NCBI GenBank assembly: GCA_002189035.1
Contig: NEEC01000020.1
Coordinates: 1,612,001-1,676,000, forward strand
DNA from: Utricularia gibba
Taxonomy: Eukaryota; Plantae; Magnoliophyta
Direction of reading: 5' to 3'
Length of the DNA: 64,000 bases
The position numbers and the translations under genes were made by a program. Positions within the stretch are counted from its first letter, which is position 1. Each line of letters opens with the position of its first letter. The notes below the pieces were generated by a model. That model saw only the letters and a list, made by a program, of their open reading frames with translations, ran no database searches and was not told the DNA's origin. Below are positions 52,986-64,000 of the stretch, piece by piece.

Positions 52986-54889
52986 TTCCAACAATGTTCA
53001 TCTCACACCCAACTCCAATTTTAGTCTTCAGATTCAAAGAATGGGCTTCTTCGGTGTGATATTATGCTGGAGGTTGTTTGAAATTATGAAGGTAAAAGCT
53101 TTTTGTTTTTTTTTTTTTTTGCTACTCCAGATCCATTGTCTTGTGTACGTTTTTTTTTTTTTGAATTTTGAGTTTTATTTGTTGAGACCCTTCACGAGAA
53201 AAACTTGAAAGCGATGATGGACTCATTAGTCAGGGACATGTTACACTAAGGGAAAAATCAACAACTAATGGGGGAGAGAAGAGAACCACTTAATTGAAAA
53301 GAATCAAGTATCTTTTTTTCACAACTAGGATCACACCAAATGGGTTTAGCCACAGTGGATTTTAAATTTTTTTTAATAAATTACTTAAATCATTTGAAGT
53401 CTTCATAGCTCTTAGCCACTTTCTATATCATCTTCCTCTTCTTTTTTGGTGGTTAAATTCTGTATTCTTTGATTAGCACATAACCAATCCCTCAAGGATA
53501 GGCATGCTTCCAATGTCTTTGGAGTCAAGGGAGAATTTTTAGATGTTAGAACTTGACCACTTATACTAAATGCACTTTTCGATGCCACCATTAATGCAGG
53601 GGATGGGAGCACATCTCTTGCAACTTGTGCCAAAACCAGTTAATGAGAGCATTAAGTCTTCCATCAACATAAAAGATCAAAGTATTCCGATGGAGCTGAT
53701 GCATTGCATTGTACAATGCAACTTCATTTGATTTTGATGTTCTGTTGGCAGTAGTTGAAACCTAATGAATAACAATCATCTACAATTTCTGTTGCAGCAC
53801 TATCATCCCCTAGGATGCAGATCGAAGATTACCAAGTTCAACATCATAAAAATTATATAAAGTTTCTAATGCACGTAACGCAGAATTATAAATAGAAGTT
53901 GCTCTTAAAAAAAATACCAACTAGTTGAAGAGAATTGTAAAATCACAAAAATGTTTCAAACCAACAAGTAATCCAGAAACATTAACCCTAGAATCAATAT
54001 TTGCAACAAAAACTAAAGCTGAAATGAGATCATAATACTTTGAAAATTATGAAATCATTTTCAAACAAAAATTTAATGTGAACTAGAGCAGGCAACATCA
54101 AATATATGATAGGATAATATACTCCACTAAAAAGCATAGAATAATGATGAAAAACATATAAATAGTCAATCAAATATTTACCCAAAATTTTTTCCAAAAC
54201 AAAATGATCATGCCAATCTAGAGATTCAAAAGACTTGCGTTTCATGGGTTCGAGGTAGATCCACGAATCTCAGTTTCACACTTACCTTCTAATTCTAAAT
54301 CGAAAATTGGATTTTGAGTTGCTTCACATGAAAAAGAAGGGTTTGAAGACACTGCCATTTAAAAAAAAACTTGGATACTTAACAAAACAAAAGCAACACA
54401 CAGAAGTACAACAAGAAAAATCTAGGAAAATAGAAAAAAGTAGCAACAACACTACTTTATAACTTTAAGCAATGATAAGGAGAGAATGGACCGATTATAT
54501 GATAGAAGGGGAATTGGCATGCAAAGTGTTGTAGCAATCAAAATTAGTGAAAACAAAGATAGCCCAACTCATCACACGTGGTGGCAAGAATGGAATTGAG
54601 CGTGTGAAGAATGAGACTTTGAGAGTGATGTAAGAGGAGATAGCATGAAAGGGGGAATAGGAGATGAGATTAGGTCTCATATAAATATGCATATTTATAT
54701 TTTATTTATATACTTTATATTTTTTAAAAAATATTTTAAATAGGTGGATATGGGTTAATGGTTCGAACTCGTACCCATCCACCTCTACTTGAACCGTACC
54801 CATTTAGTGATGGTACGAGTCATTGGTTGACTCACTATGGGTCAGCCCGTGGGTTGGACGGTTGATCCAAACTTGTACCTAGCTCTAGG

Positions 54890-57120
54890 CGAGGTTAACT
54901 AGGAAGAATTACAGGCGGAATTTGAAGCTAGGACCCTAGGAGATGAGGTGTGGTTTGGAAAGAGATGGTATTGGGGAGTCACCATCTAGTCAGGTGAGAT
55001 CAAAACCACATCAACACTGATAGGGTTGGAAATAAGGGAGATGGATGCCATTCTCAGGTTAGATTGGCTACGAAGGAAGCATAAGGCATGAATTGAATGT
55101 GCCAAATGGACCATGGAGTAGAAGATGGTGACCGACGGAAATGGGAGTATCACTCGGAGAAGGGCTCCCTGGAATTAATGACGCAGGGAAAAAATGAGGG
55201 GCATCACCACTTAGCATGCATATCCCAGCAGAGGAACAAAAATACATCAAAGGAAAGAGATAAGGTTCTTATATATGAGTAAAGTGATGTGTTTTCAAAA
55301 GAACTACTAGGCCATGCCCGATAAGGAAATTGAGTTTGAAATAGAATTGATGTGGCAGCCGAACAGATCTCGGGGCACTATACCTAGCACTTCGCCATGA
55401 GAGGCACCCGTATCATTTGTAAGCAAGAAGGAAAGAACACTAAAGTTGTACATAGACTATTCAGAATCAACAACCTATTCGACCAGCTGAAAGAGGTGAC
55501 CATATTCTCCAAAATTGACCTCAGATCTGGATATCACCAATTGTAAATATGGAAAGAAGGCATGCCCTAAGCAGCCTTTTGAATGAGGTACATGCACTTT
55601 GAGTTTGTGGTATTACCATCCAACCTCATCAATGCCCCAGCAGCCTTCATGAATTTGATGAATAGGGTGTTTCAGCCTTACTTGGACAGTTTTTGGGTCA
55701 TTTTCATAGATGACATATTGGTGTTTCATGGGATGAGGAGATCCATGAGGAACACTTACGAATTGTACTGGAACTATTCTATGAGAAGAAATAATATGCT
55801 AAGAAAAGTAAGTGTGAGTTTTTCTTACAAAGCATTAGTTTTCTTGGACATGTAATCAGTGGCAAAGGCATTGAATTGGACTCAAAGACAGACGAGGCCA
55901 TAGTGGAGTGGTTTGTGCCTAAGAACATGGGGGATGTCAGAGCTTCTTAGGTTTGACTGCGTACTCTCAACATTTCATGAAGTCCTTTTCCAAGAAGATC
56001 CAGTCGTTAACGGAATTGTAATGGGAGGGTAAGGGGTGGGGTTTGAGTGGATGGCACGATACAAAGGGAGTTTTTAGGGGATGAAGAAGGAACTTGGCAT
56101 GTCACCCGTATTAGCACTACCAAAAGAAGGGAAGGGATATTTGATAAACAAGGATGGAAGAATTATGAGACTAGGGGTAGTGTTGATGCAAGATGAAAGG
56201 GTGTTTGCATATGCTTCTAGACAGCTGAAAGCTCATGAAGATAACTACCTAGTACACGACTTGGAGTTGGCCATGCTGATGTTTTCCTTGAAGGTGTGGA
56301 GATACTATCTTTATGGGGTATGATGTGAACTCTATACGGATCACCAAAGCTTGAAGTACATTTTCACACAATGGAAGCTTTACCTACAACAGCGAAGATG
56401 GCTTGAGTTCACCAAGGATTATGACTTGATGATAAACTATCATCCCAAGAAGGTGAACGTGGTGTTGGACGGATTAAGTCAGAGCATGCCTGTACGAGAG
56501 CTCACCACAAAACTAGAACAGATGGGCATTGAGATTTTTCCAACAAGGTGGACTAGCCACTATCATCTATGTGGTACCTGACCTACTCAAGGAAATCCGA
56601 ACAGCTCAAAGTGAGGGAGACTGGGAACATACATGAGCTAGCGGTTGAGGGAGGGGAACCCCTTGTTGTAAGAGCCTACAGACTGATCACGGTGAATGGA
56701 AGATTGCAGATGCCAGATGGGGGAACATTATGGGAGAAGATAATGAGGGAGGCACATGAGACACGATATACAATGCACATGGGTAACACCAAAATGTACC
56801 ATGACATGCAAAAAAGTTTCTAGTGGTTTGGGATGAAGTAAAGTATCACGGAGTTCATAGAGAGATGCCAAATTTGCCAACAAACCAAGGTGAAACATCA
56901 ATGACCGGCGGGACTCCTACACCCAATAGACATTCCTGAGTGGAAATGGAAAAAGGTCTTGATGGATATTGTGAAGGGTCTACCTCAGACCTGATCAGGC
57001 AAGGACACAATTTAGGTTGTGGTGGACCACCTTACAAAGAGCACCCACTTTCTACCAATGCATTCAAAGTGGAGTATCAACAGGCTAGCTCGGGAATATG
57101 TTGCGGAAATGGTTCAGTGA
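54890..57120 (+). mobile_element. Ty3/Gypsy Tekay/Del pol remnant (protease, RT, RH, INT)
   Basis: FSKIDLRSGYHQL; [38 protein letters not shown]; YASRQLK.HE.NY.VHDLELA; EAHETRYTMHMGNTKMYHD. Many stops. Confidence 0.9.
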
Positions 57121-57481
57121 CACATAGTTTTCAGTATTCTAAGATTATAGAATAAGTAATATTATGTTATAAAATTAGTATTTTACTAAGCATTTTGATA
57201 TGTTTATGATTAGTAGTATTATTCTACTTATTTACACCAGATTGGGATTAAATCCTGAATTTAGATTCAATCTTTAATTTAATAATTTTTCCTATAGCAA
57301 TGCAGTACATTTTCATCAATCTTAATCATGAAGAGCCAAGAGTGCATAATGGATGTGGCAGAAAAATAGGGACAAAAGGAAGGAGATAAATAGTAGATTT
57401 TTGAAAAAAAAAAAAAGAGGAGAGAGAAAAAAAATATCAGAGAACTTTGAGAACACGCAAGGGGTCTAGTGAGAAGTATAT

Positions 57482-58673
57482 TGATAACACATATTTTTTA
57501 GTGATTGAATACATAGAAATTACTCATATTGTGCTACAAAAATTATGTTTTATTGCCTAGTTTTATATTTTTGCGCATAAGTACTATAATTGTGTCATTT
57601 TAGTCTTAGTTGGGACTAAATCTACGATTATTTAGTCCCAACCTACTAATAGTTTTATTCGAGGAATGCAGTGCAGGTTGCAACACAAATCCCAAGGAGC
57701 CGAATATGAACAATGTGGTGGCAGAGGATGAAACAGAAATCTGAAAAGAAGTACACACAAAATCCAAAGAAGAGGAAAATGGGGGATTTTGGACAAATAG
57801 GGGAAAAAGATAGAGAGAGAAGGCAGATCTCCCCCATTGGAGACTCACGACAACTTTATGGAGAAGGTTTTCTGGGGGGGGGGGGGAGGAAGAAGGAGGA
57901 AGACCAACAAGAACGAAACTGAAGTTTCAAGACTATTTTCTGTTTCAAAAGAATGTTGTTCTTAACTAAGAGTAGCTAGCGACGTTTCTAGTTTTCTGTT
58001 GACATTTTACATTCTTTGCTTGTTTATTTCCTAGTAGTTGACTGAGACATGAGTATATTGTGGATGATATTTTCTTTTCTATTTTCGTTTATCTGAAGTA
58101 TGAGTGGCAAAGTACTTAGGAGGTGCCTTCGTGTGAAAGGGGGAGAAACATGCTAATCAACCTTTAGACCTAATTAGCCATAGGTCACGCCACTTCCTTA
58201 ACAAACCAGGATAGATTCAGGAGGGGGAAGTAGTGAAATTCAGCTTAACAACCCTAATTAGAGGTAAACCAAAGATTAGGGGGAAAACAAGAATCCGGGA
58301 ATATCTAGATTTTGGTGTGTTAGTTGTATGATTTATCGTTTGTGTGAGCTTGTTTAGTGATAAGCATATATCCTCTAGGAGTTCCAAGCCATCACCCATT
58401 TCATTCCAGAAACAAGTGAGCTCCAAAACTTATTATTTTTCTTTACTGTATCCCGTTGTAATTTTGCCTTAATCCTAGTTAAGACCAATTCTACCAACGT
58501 GACACTGGTTTCATGCATTAACTTTCACATAGCAAGCACCTAGCTCCTTGTGTTTGATCCTAGTCCATTATGCTCATATTTTCCATATGATTTGAGGTGA
58601 ATTAGGTTTATAAATTTTATTTGATAGGAGAAATTTGCAAATTAATGACTTTACACTAATTTTTCGTTTATCA
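57482..58673 (+). mobile_element. Athila-like LTR (family B), second copy
   Basis: TGATAACAC...CGTTTATCA; reverse complement of 45864-46986. Flanks TATAT/GAGAT are not a perfect TSD. Confidence 0.85.
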
Positions 58674-59609
58674 GAGATCTAGCAAGAAAAAATGTAGAAG
58701 AATGAACACGAAGAAGATGAGCTATGGAACTCAGCTCACTTGAAGATATTCTAATAGGAATGCTACTCATAATTGGGAGTAGATCGCAAGAAACATTTTA
58801 GCTTTTCTTTTAAAACTATTTTCTTTATGGCTACTCATTACTTTCTTCTTATTAGACTTTAACCTTACCCATGTTCCTAATTTTATATTATAAATGTGTT
58901 TTATTTTTCTTTAATATAAGTAGATAAGCACTAAATGGTGTCTTGGGACCAAAATGGACAAACATGCACATTATTCATTAAACCATACTAATTTCTTATT
59001 GTAGAACTATATTAGTTCTAGTTTAAAATTAATCTTCAATCGTGATGAAAACAGAATGTGTGAACCCACACATTGATTTTTTAACAAACCAGAATAGATA
59101 TATAAGGAGAAAATAGTGGTATGTTCATCATAAGTCAATCCTAATTAAAGTTAGACCAAATATTAGGGGAAGATTTAACTACATTAAAGCTTTTGTTGGT
59201 TAGATGAATGATTAATAAATTGGGATGGAATAAGGATAGTGATACCATTCTTGGAAGTTCCAAGACATTACATTTTTTCCTTTTAGGTACAAATATGATT
59301 TACTCGTTTATTGTTTTACTTCATTTTATCATTAAACTGTATTACTCCTAGCTTTGACTTAATCTTCAATCGTGATAAAAATAGAATGTGTCAACCCACA
59401 CATAACAACATGGGTAGAATGTATGTTGGATCAAAGGGAACAGGGGGTGGAAGTGCCAAGTGGAACCCCTCCTCATGAGTGACCTTGCACTAGGATCCGA
59501 TCATCACCATGCATGGCGTTTGGCTCTTGGAGGGAGCTTTCTGGCTCCCAAGCGAACTCTTCGGAGAGCTCATGAGAGAGACCCACTCGAGTAGATGAGA
59601 CCTGCCATA

Positions 59610-59912
59610 GAAAGGATGATGAAACAGAGGAGAATCACCATGTCGAGATACGTCGAGATTTGGAAGGAGGATGTCCCAATTTGGGAGAAGGGTGCAAAGC
59701 GATATGAAGGTAAGGGGAACTCGTGTGGGAACCGTAAGTGTAAGGGCTAAAGGGCTTAGATGATTAGGGAGCCCAATGGGGTGGTTTGGATCCTAGACTG
59801 AGGTATCTTTGACATCAAACCGATAATAGATCGTGGGTGGATCTAGCCGTGAACTCCAACGGGAGCAGGATTGAGACGAGTCACCATGGTCGGGATTCCT
59901 CTTGACGACAAC
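59610..59912 (+). repeat. Direct homologue of ~49130-49430 (possible 3' LTR or leader remnant of the Tekay element)
   Basis: Shared blocks ATGATGAAAC.GAGGAG.ATCACCATG, GAGATTTGGAAG, CCCAATTTG, AAGGTAAGGGGAACT and TAGGGAGC.CAATGGGGTGG. Confidence 0.7.
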
Positions 59913-59913
59913 G

Positions 59914-60080
59914 GAGTACTTTTGCCGTTGGTGTTCTTTTTGATGTCTACGCATTTCACCACTCCACCGCCTGTAAAGGGTTGAGCCCTGGGATATAATG
60001 GTGGACTTAAAAAGCCACCTAAGGATGCTGTACACCCAATCATTCCGGATAACTCTTGCATCCTCTGTCTTACCGCTGCT
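59914..60080 (-). pseudogene. rrn16: Plastid 16S rRNA fragment (NUPT)
   Basis: CAGCAGCGGTAAGACAGAGGATGCAAGAGTTATCCGGAATGATTGGG..GTGGCTTTTTAAGTCC..CCCAGGGCTCAACCC..GTGAAATGCGTAGA..GAACACCAACGGC; internal deletion. Confidence 0.88.
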
Positions 60081-60225
60081 GGGTATGCGATCTTGGATTG
60101 GTGTTGCATATTCAGCTTCTATTGCAACAGCTACGGCAGTTTTCTTGATCTGCCCAATTGGTCAAGGAAGTTTTTCTTATAGTATGACTTCAGGAATTTT
60201 TGTTAATTTCAATTTTTGTAATTGT
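60077..60225 (+). pseudogene. psbA: Plastid psbA (D1) fragment (NUPT)
   Basis: [46 protein letters not shown] versus D1 [46 protein letters not shown]. Confidence 0.92.
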
Positions 60226-60699
60226 AGAGATAGTCCACCAGAATTTGTTAAATGGCCATCCTCAAAAAATCCTTTGCAAATTAATTAGACTTCATTAACT
60301 ATTTACAAGAAATTCAATATTTTAGGAAATATTACATTTATTTTTACTAGTTATTTTTAAATCAATAATAATTGCATTATTTTTTAATTTAACTACAACA
60401 ATATTCCATATATTGATATAAAATATATAACATATTATTGGATTATCAAATATGTTATGATCACAAAATGTGAATATGCAATCTAATGATCAATGAATTA
60501 ATCTAAAGAGCAATGTAACAATCATAAAATTAAATGATATATTATGTATTGATCCAAAACTCAGTCATTATACGAAATAAGTTATCCAAGTGAACCAGTG
60601 GTATTTATTTGGATTTCGAATGATGTGTAGTAACAACATTTTCAAAAGAATATCTTCTAGATTACAAATGATCGTAATTTTAGTGTTGAGTAGCATTCC

Positions 60700-61295
60700 T
60701 TAGGGCTAATAAGCAACGTCTAGATCCTTTTGCAAGCCAATTAATGATAATAAGCAACACCCAGATGCCCAAACCCTTCTGGGTGTCGCTTAATGCTAAT
60801 AAACAACGAACAGATCCCTCTATGCACCGATTAATGATAACAAACAGTATTAAGACTTAAGACCCATATGGGTATCGTTTAGTGATAATTAGTACCCAGA
60901 CTTTTATGGATTTTGATTAGTGATAATAAATAATGCCGACACCTCTTTAGATGCTGATTAATGATAACAAACAGTATTAAGACTTAAGACCCATATGGGT
61001 ATCGTTTAGTGATAATTAGTACCCAGACTTTTATGGATTTTGATTAGTGATAATAAATAATGCCGACACCTCTTTAGATGCTGATTAATGATAATAAGCA
61101 GTGTTCAAACCGTTATAGCCATTTTTTAATAATAATAAGCAGCGCCGAGAGAAATTTGAATGCTGTTTAATGATAATAAACTGCACCCATATGCCTCTTC
61201 GTGATATTAACCAGCTGCCAAATCCTATTTGGGTGCTGCCTAATAATATTAAAGAGCGCCTAAACCCCATTTGGACACTACATACTAATAATAAG
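60700..61295 (+). repeat. Tandem array of ~15 units, base period 41 bp
   Basis: Core TTA(A/G)TGATAATAA(G/A)CA at 60700, 60741, 60790, 60831, 60879, 60917, 60958, 61006, 61044, 61085, 61126, 61167, 61198, 61240 and ~61282. Includes an exact 127-bp tandem duplication (60831-60957 = 60958-61084). Confidence 0.9.
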
Positions 61296-61414
61296 TAAAT
61301 AATGTTCACGATGATTTTTTATTAAAGTTTTTCAAACTTTTGTTGGGTATATTATTTAAAATTAAAAATATTCTTCATTTTTGGATAAATAAGTAGCGTT
61401 TAGATAATTAAAAA

Positions 61415-61980
61415 GGGAAATCTACAGAAATACCCCCAACTGTTTACCCACAAGATCATTTTTGTCACAATAGTTTGCTACGGTGCAAATTTACCTTTAA
61501 AGTTCACACGTAGATGCAATACTACCCTCAAATATTTGGAAACACATTTAAATGAGTAAATTTGCTCCAAATATTTCAAAGTACGCACTTTTACCGGTTT
61601 TTTTTTATTATTATCATTAGTAATAATAATAATAAATTAATAATGGTGATGAAACCTTAATACTCTTGTTAAAACTCTTAAACACAAACCAAATAGAAAC
61701 AAAAAATAAATAAACTTTTTTGCCTTAGTACATGTGTTGCAATATGATTATGATGATTGAAACCATAAATTGATATTATTATTATTATTACTATTATTAT
61801 GATATTTATATTAGTAATAATAAAAGACAAGTATAGGGTAAAAGTGCACAATTTGAAAGATTTGGAGCAAAAATACACATTTAAATATTTTTGTAAACAT
61901 TTGGGGGCATTGTTGTATCTGTGTGTAAATTTTAAGGGCAAATTTGCAGCACATTAAACTATTGTGGTAAAAATGCTCAT
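61415..61980. mobile_element. MULE-type MITE nested in the foldback element
   Basis: ~150-180 bp imperfect TIRs (TGCAAATTTACCTTTAAA..GCTCCAAAT..GCACTTTTACC vs GGTAAAAGTGCAC..ATTTGGAGC..AAGGGCAAATTTGCA) around an AT-rich spacer; begins GGGAAATCTAC. Confidence 0.75.
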
Positions 61981-63129
61981 ATATATAAAATGTTAGTGGC
62001 AAAAATAAACTTGAATCATAATTAGAAGTGTCCAAATTGTTTTTAATATTATAAAAACAGTTCAGCAATAATAATTTAAGAACGGATTTTTAAATGAATA
62101 CATAATTTATATGATTTAATTATACAACTGTCCACATCGTATGAATTATATGAGAACAGGGGCTGATATTTAGTAAATATTGATTGAATATAGAATGTAT
62201 TATGTTGAATGCTTATTATTATCACTAGAGAATACTCAAAAGAAGATGGAGATGCCGTATTATCACTAAACAATGTCCAAGGGAGCTTCGGTGTTATCAG
62301 TATGCAACATTCATAAGGGTCTAAACGTTGTTTATTATCACTAATTGGTAACCAACGAGGTCTGAGTGCTATTTATTAACATTCATTTGAATCATTTGTA
62401 ATTAGGATGAGTGATGCAGTTTCAATATAAAAAAGGAAAGCATTGTTGGCACATGATTCGAAAACCAATTTAATAACAGTTAGAGAACTTAGTTTGTATA
62501 ATTCTTGAGTTTTAGATCATGTATAATATATCATTTAATAGTATAAGTTAAATATTTTTATTATTCTACGGACTTTGTTCTTTTATTCTACAATTGCACA
62601 TTCCTTGGTTTGAACCATTTAGAAAAGATGTCTTCACATCCATTCTGTGAATCACTAAAACATGAATACAGGTAAGTGCTATTAACATACTAATAGATAA
62701 GAATTGAACAGTTGGAGGTCGAAATTCTTGATTATTGGAGGAATACCCATTGGGTTTTTGTGTGAAGTACTTCGTAACTAATCTGGGTTTATATTTATGA
62801 ATTGTGTTTTTTGGATATAGTTTCTTTCTAAATATCTACTTACATCCACTGAGTTTTGTTATTTGTAGTAGATCTCACACTCAATTTTGTGGAAAGAGGT
62901 TATTAAAATTGAAATTTATTATTTACAAAAAAATTGAGTCAGGGGAATAAATTGTTTTCATTAAATATCAAAGACTCTCTAAATATGAGATATAATTAGA
63001 AATCATCACCTACAGCGATTTTAATGCTCTATCTATACTTCTACTTAGGTTTTCATGGAAGATTCCACATTATTAGAGTTTATACTATTATTAGCATAAC
63101 TCTCAATTGTCTCTCATTTATTTTCTTTG

Positions 63130-63340
63130 AGTGGGAAGATATTTTCAAAAAATTTGTTATTTTTGTTTCCAAATTAGTTTAATGATCAAGAACATCACTT
63201 ATTAATAAGAAACCAATGTGCAATACTTATATCACCATATCCTATGAACAAATAATATGATGTTTTTTACTCAATTTTCTTTTTCTTTAGATTAGGCAAC
63301 ATCAATTTTGCTAGATATCTCATATGAAACATAATGGGTA
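63130..63340 (-). mobile_element. Ty1/Copia integrase C-terminal fragment
   Basis: LAKLMLPNLKKKKIE*KTSYYLFIGYG..AHWFL...KFFENIFPLK matches the Copia CLAKV.LP.PKKRKLG.KT..C.FIGY..EFFE.IFPLK pattern. Confidence 0.7.
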
Positions 63341-64000
63341 AGATAAAACCACTCTTCCCTCAATTTCTCTAAACTTGTAGAGGTGAGTTCCTGTATAGTA
63401 TAATCAAACCAAAAGGGGATTCTTTTTGTTACATGCATGAAACGGTTGGTTGAAAAAAGATAAAGAAAACACAAAACCACAAACACGGTAATATGATGTC
63501 TTAAAGCATTTATAACCACTCCGATTGATCAGCAACCCAAGACCAAGTAATTACAATCCTAATATATTACTCTTTCAAGTATTCCAATAGAAACACATTA
63601 ACCAAATGTGATTTTAACTAAACGTGCATTTAAACCCACATAATACTGCAAATCAAACTATACAATAATGGTGTTCTGTTATCCGAAACTGAACTAAAAA
63701 ATAAGGTTGACAAGCAACATTCAAATAAAAATCATATTTCCTTTCTATTTGAAACCTTGTCACAAACATAAATTATGATACTCTCAAAGAAGTATAATCT
63801 GGCATATAAAAGAACAAGATAATTTTGTTTTTTAAACAGTTTTGGAAATGGGATGTCACTTTCTTTTTGGTTTGGCTGGAATGTCAATCACCTAACACGT
63901 TTATAACAATTTTTAAAAAATTCAAAAAAAATTATACAAAGACAAAGTAATTCGCAAAAGACCTCTCTAAAATTAATGATATGGAAAAATAAATCTTATT

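Larger units (their letters stand above)
50508..54887 (-). mobile_element. hAT DNA transposon remnant
   Basis: Dimerisation domain VARDVLPSP..VASKSAFSISGQVL...LTPKTLEACLSLRDW (53412-53633) and DW...FHHYSMLFSGVYYP (54030-54245). Candidate TAGAGCT termini at 50508 and 54887 with GGGT/ACCC-rich subtermini. No 8-bp TSD found, so the ends are tentative. Confidence 0.75.
60529..62539. mobile_element. Non-autonomous foldback (MULE-like) element with long TIRs containing a 41-bp repeat array
   Basis: Left 60529-60680 is the imperfect reverse complement of ~62386-62539 (e.g. ATTAAATGATATATTAT / ATAATATATCATTTAAT; ATTACAAATGAT / ATCATTTGTAAT). Array units also occur inverted at 62211-62384. No ORF. 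Confidence 0.75.

Noticed and set aside
50500-54895. 8-bp TSD for the hAT
   Set aside because: Flanks TTTGACTG and GGCGAGGT do not match, so element ends stay tentative.
59914-60080. Functional or contaminant bacterial 16S rRNA gene
   Set aside because: Only ~165 bp, plastid-type sequence, with substitutions and a deletion, fused to psbA and embedded in plant TE DNA.
60700-61295. CRISPR array
   Set aside because: Plant nuclear context and no cas genes. The spacers resemble one another, three are exactly duplicated, and units recur inverted 1 kb away: a TIR-associated tandem repeat.

Overview
AT-rich plant nuclear DNA (eudicot, probably asterid or Caryophyllales) made almost entirely of decayed, nested transposons. 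I found no intact host gene. Components: (1) MULE/MuDR and hAT remnants. (2) Several Ty1/Copia elements, including one full-length copy (43018-49018) with paired LTRs and a TACTA target-site duplication (TSD). (3) Ty3/Gypsy elements of the Tat/Retand, Tekay, CRM and Athila types, with three TSD-flanked solo LTRs and one more LTR copy without a TSD. (4) A pseudogenised NRC-like CC-NB-ARC-LRR gene (10187-12671) whose MADA-like N-terminus is broken by a 1-nt insertion. (5) Plastid insertions: rpl14-rps8-infA-rpl36, and a chimeric rrn16::psbA piece. (6) A foldback element whose arms contain a 41-bp repeat array that looks superficially like CRISPR. The least explained material is three intronless, decayed coding-like tracts: 16.5-18.3 kb and 37.3-38.8 kb (diverged inverted homologues) and 19.9-20.8 kb. 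They match no TE or organelle gene I recognise and show weak resemblance to negative-strand RNA virus L-polymerase motifs, so they are candidate endogenous viral elements. That call is a hypothesis needing an HMM search. All alignments and identities were done by eye. I cannot demonstrate an intact, functional novel system from the sequence alone.
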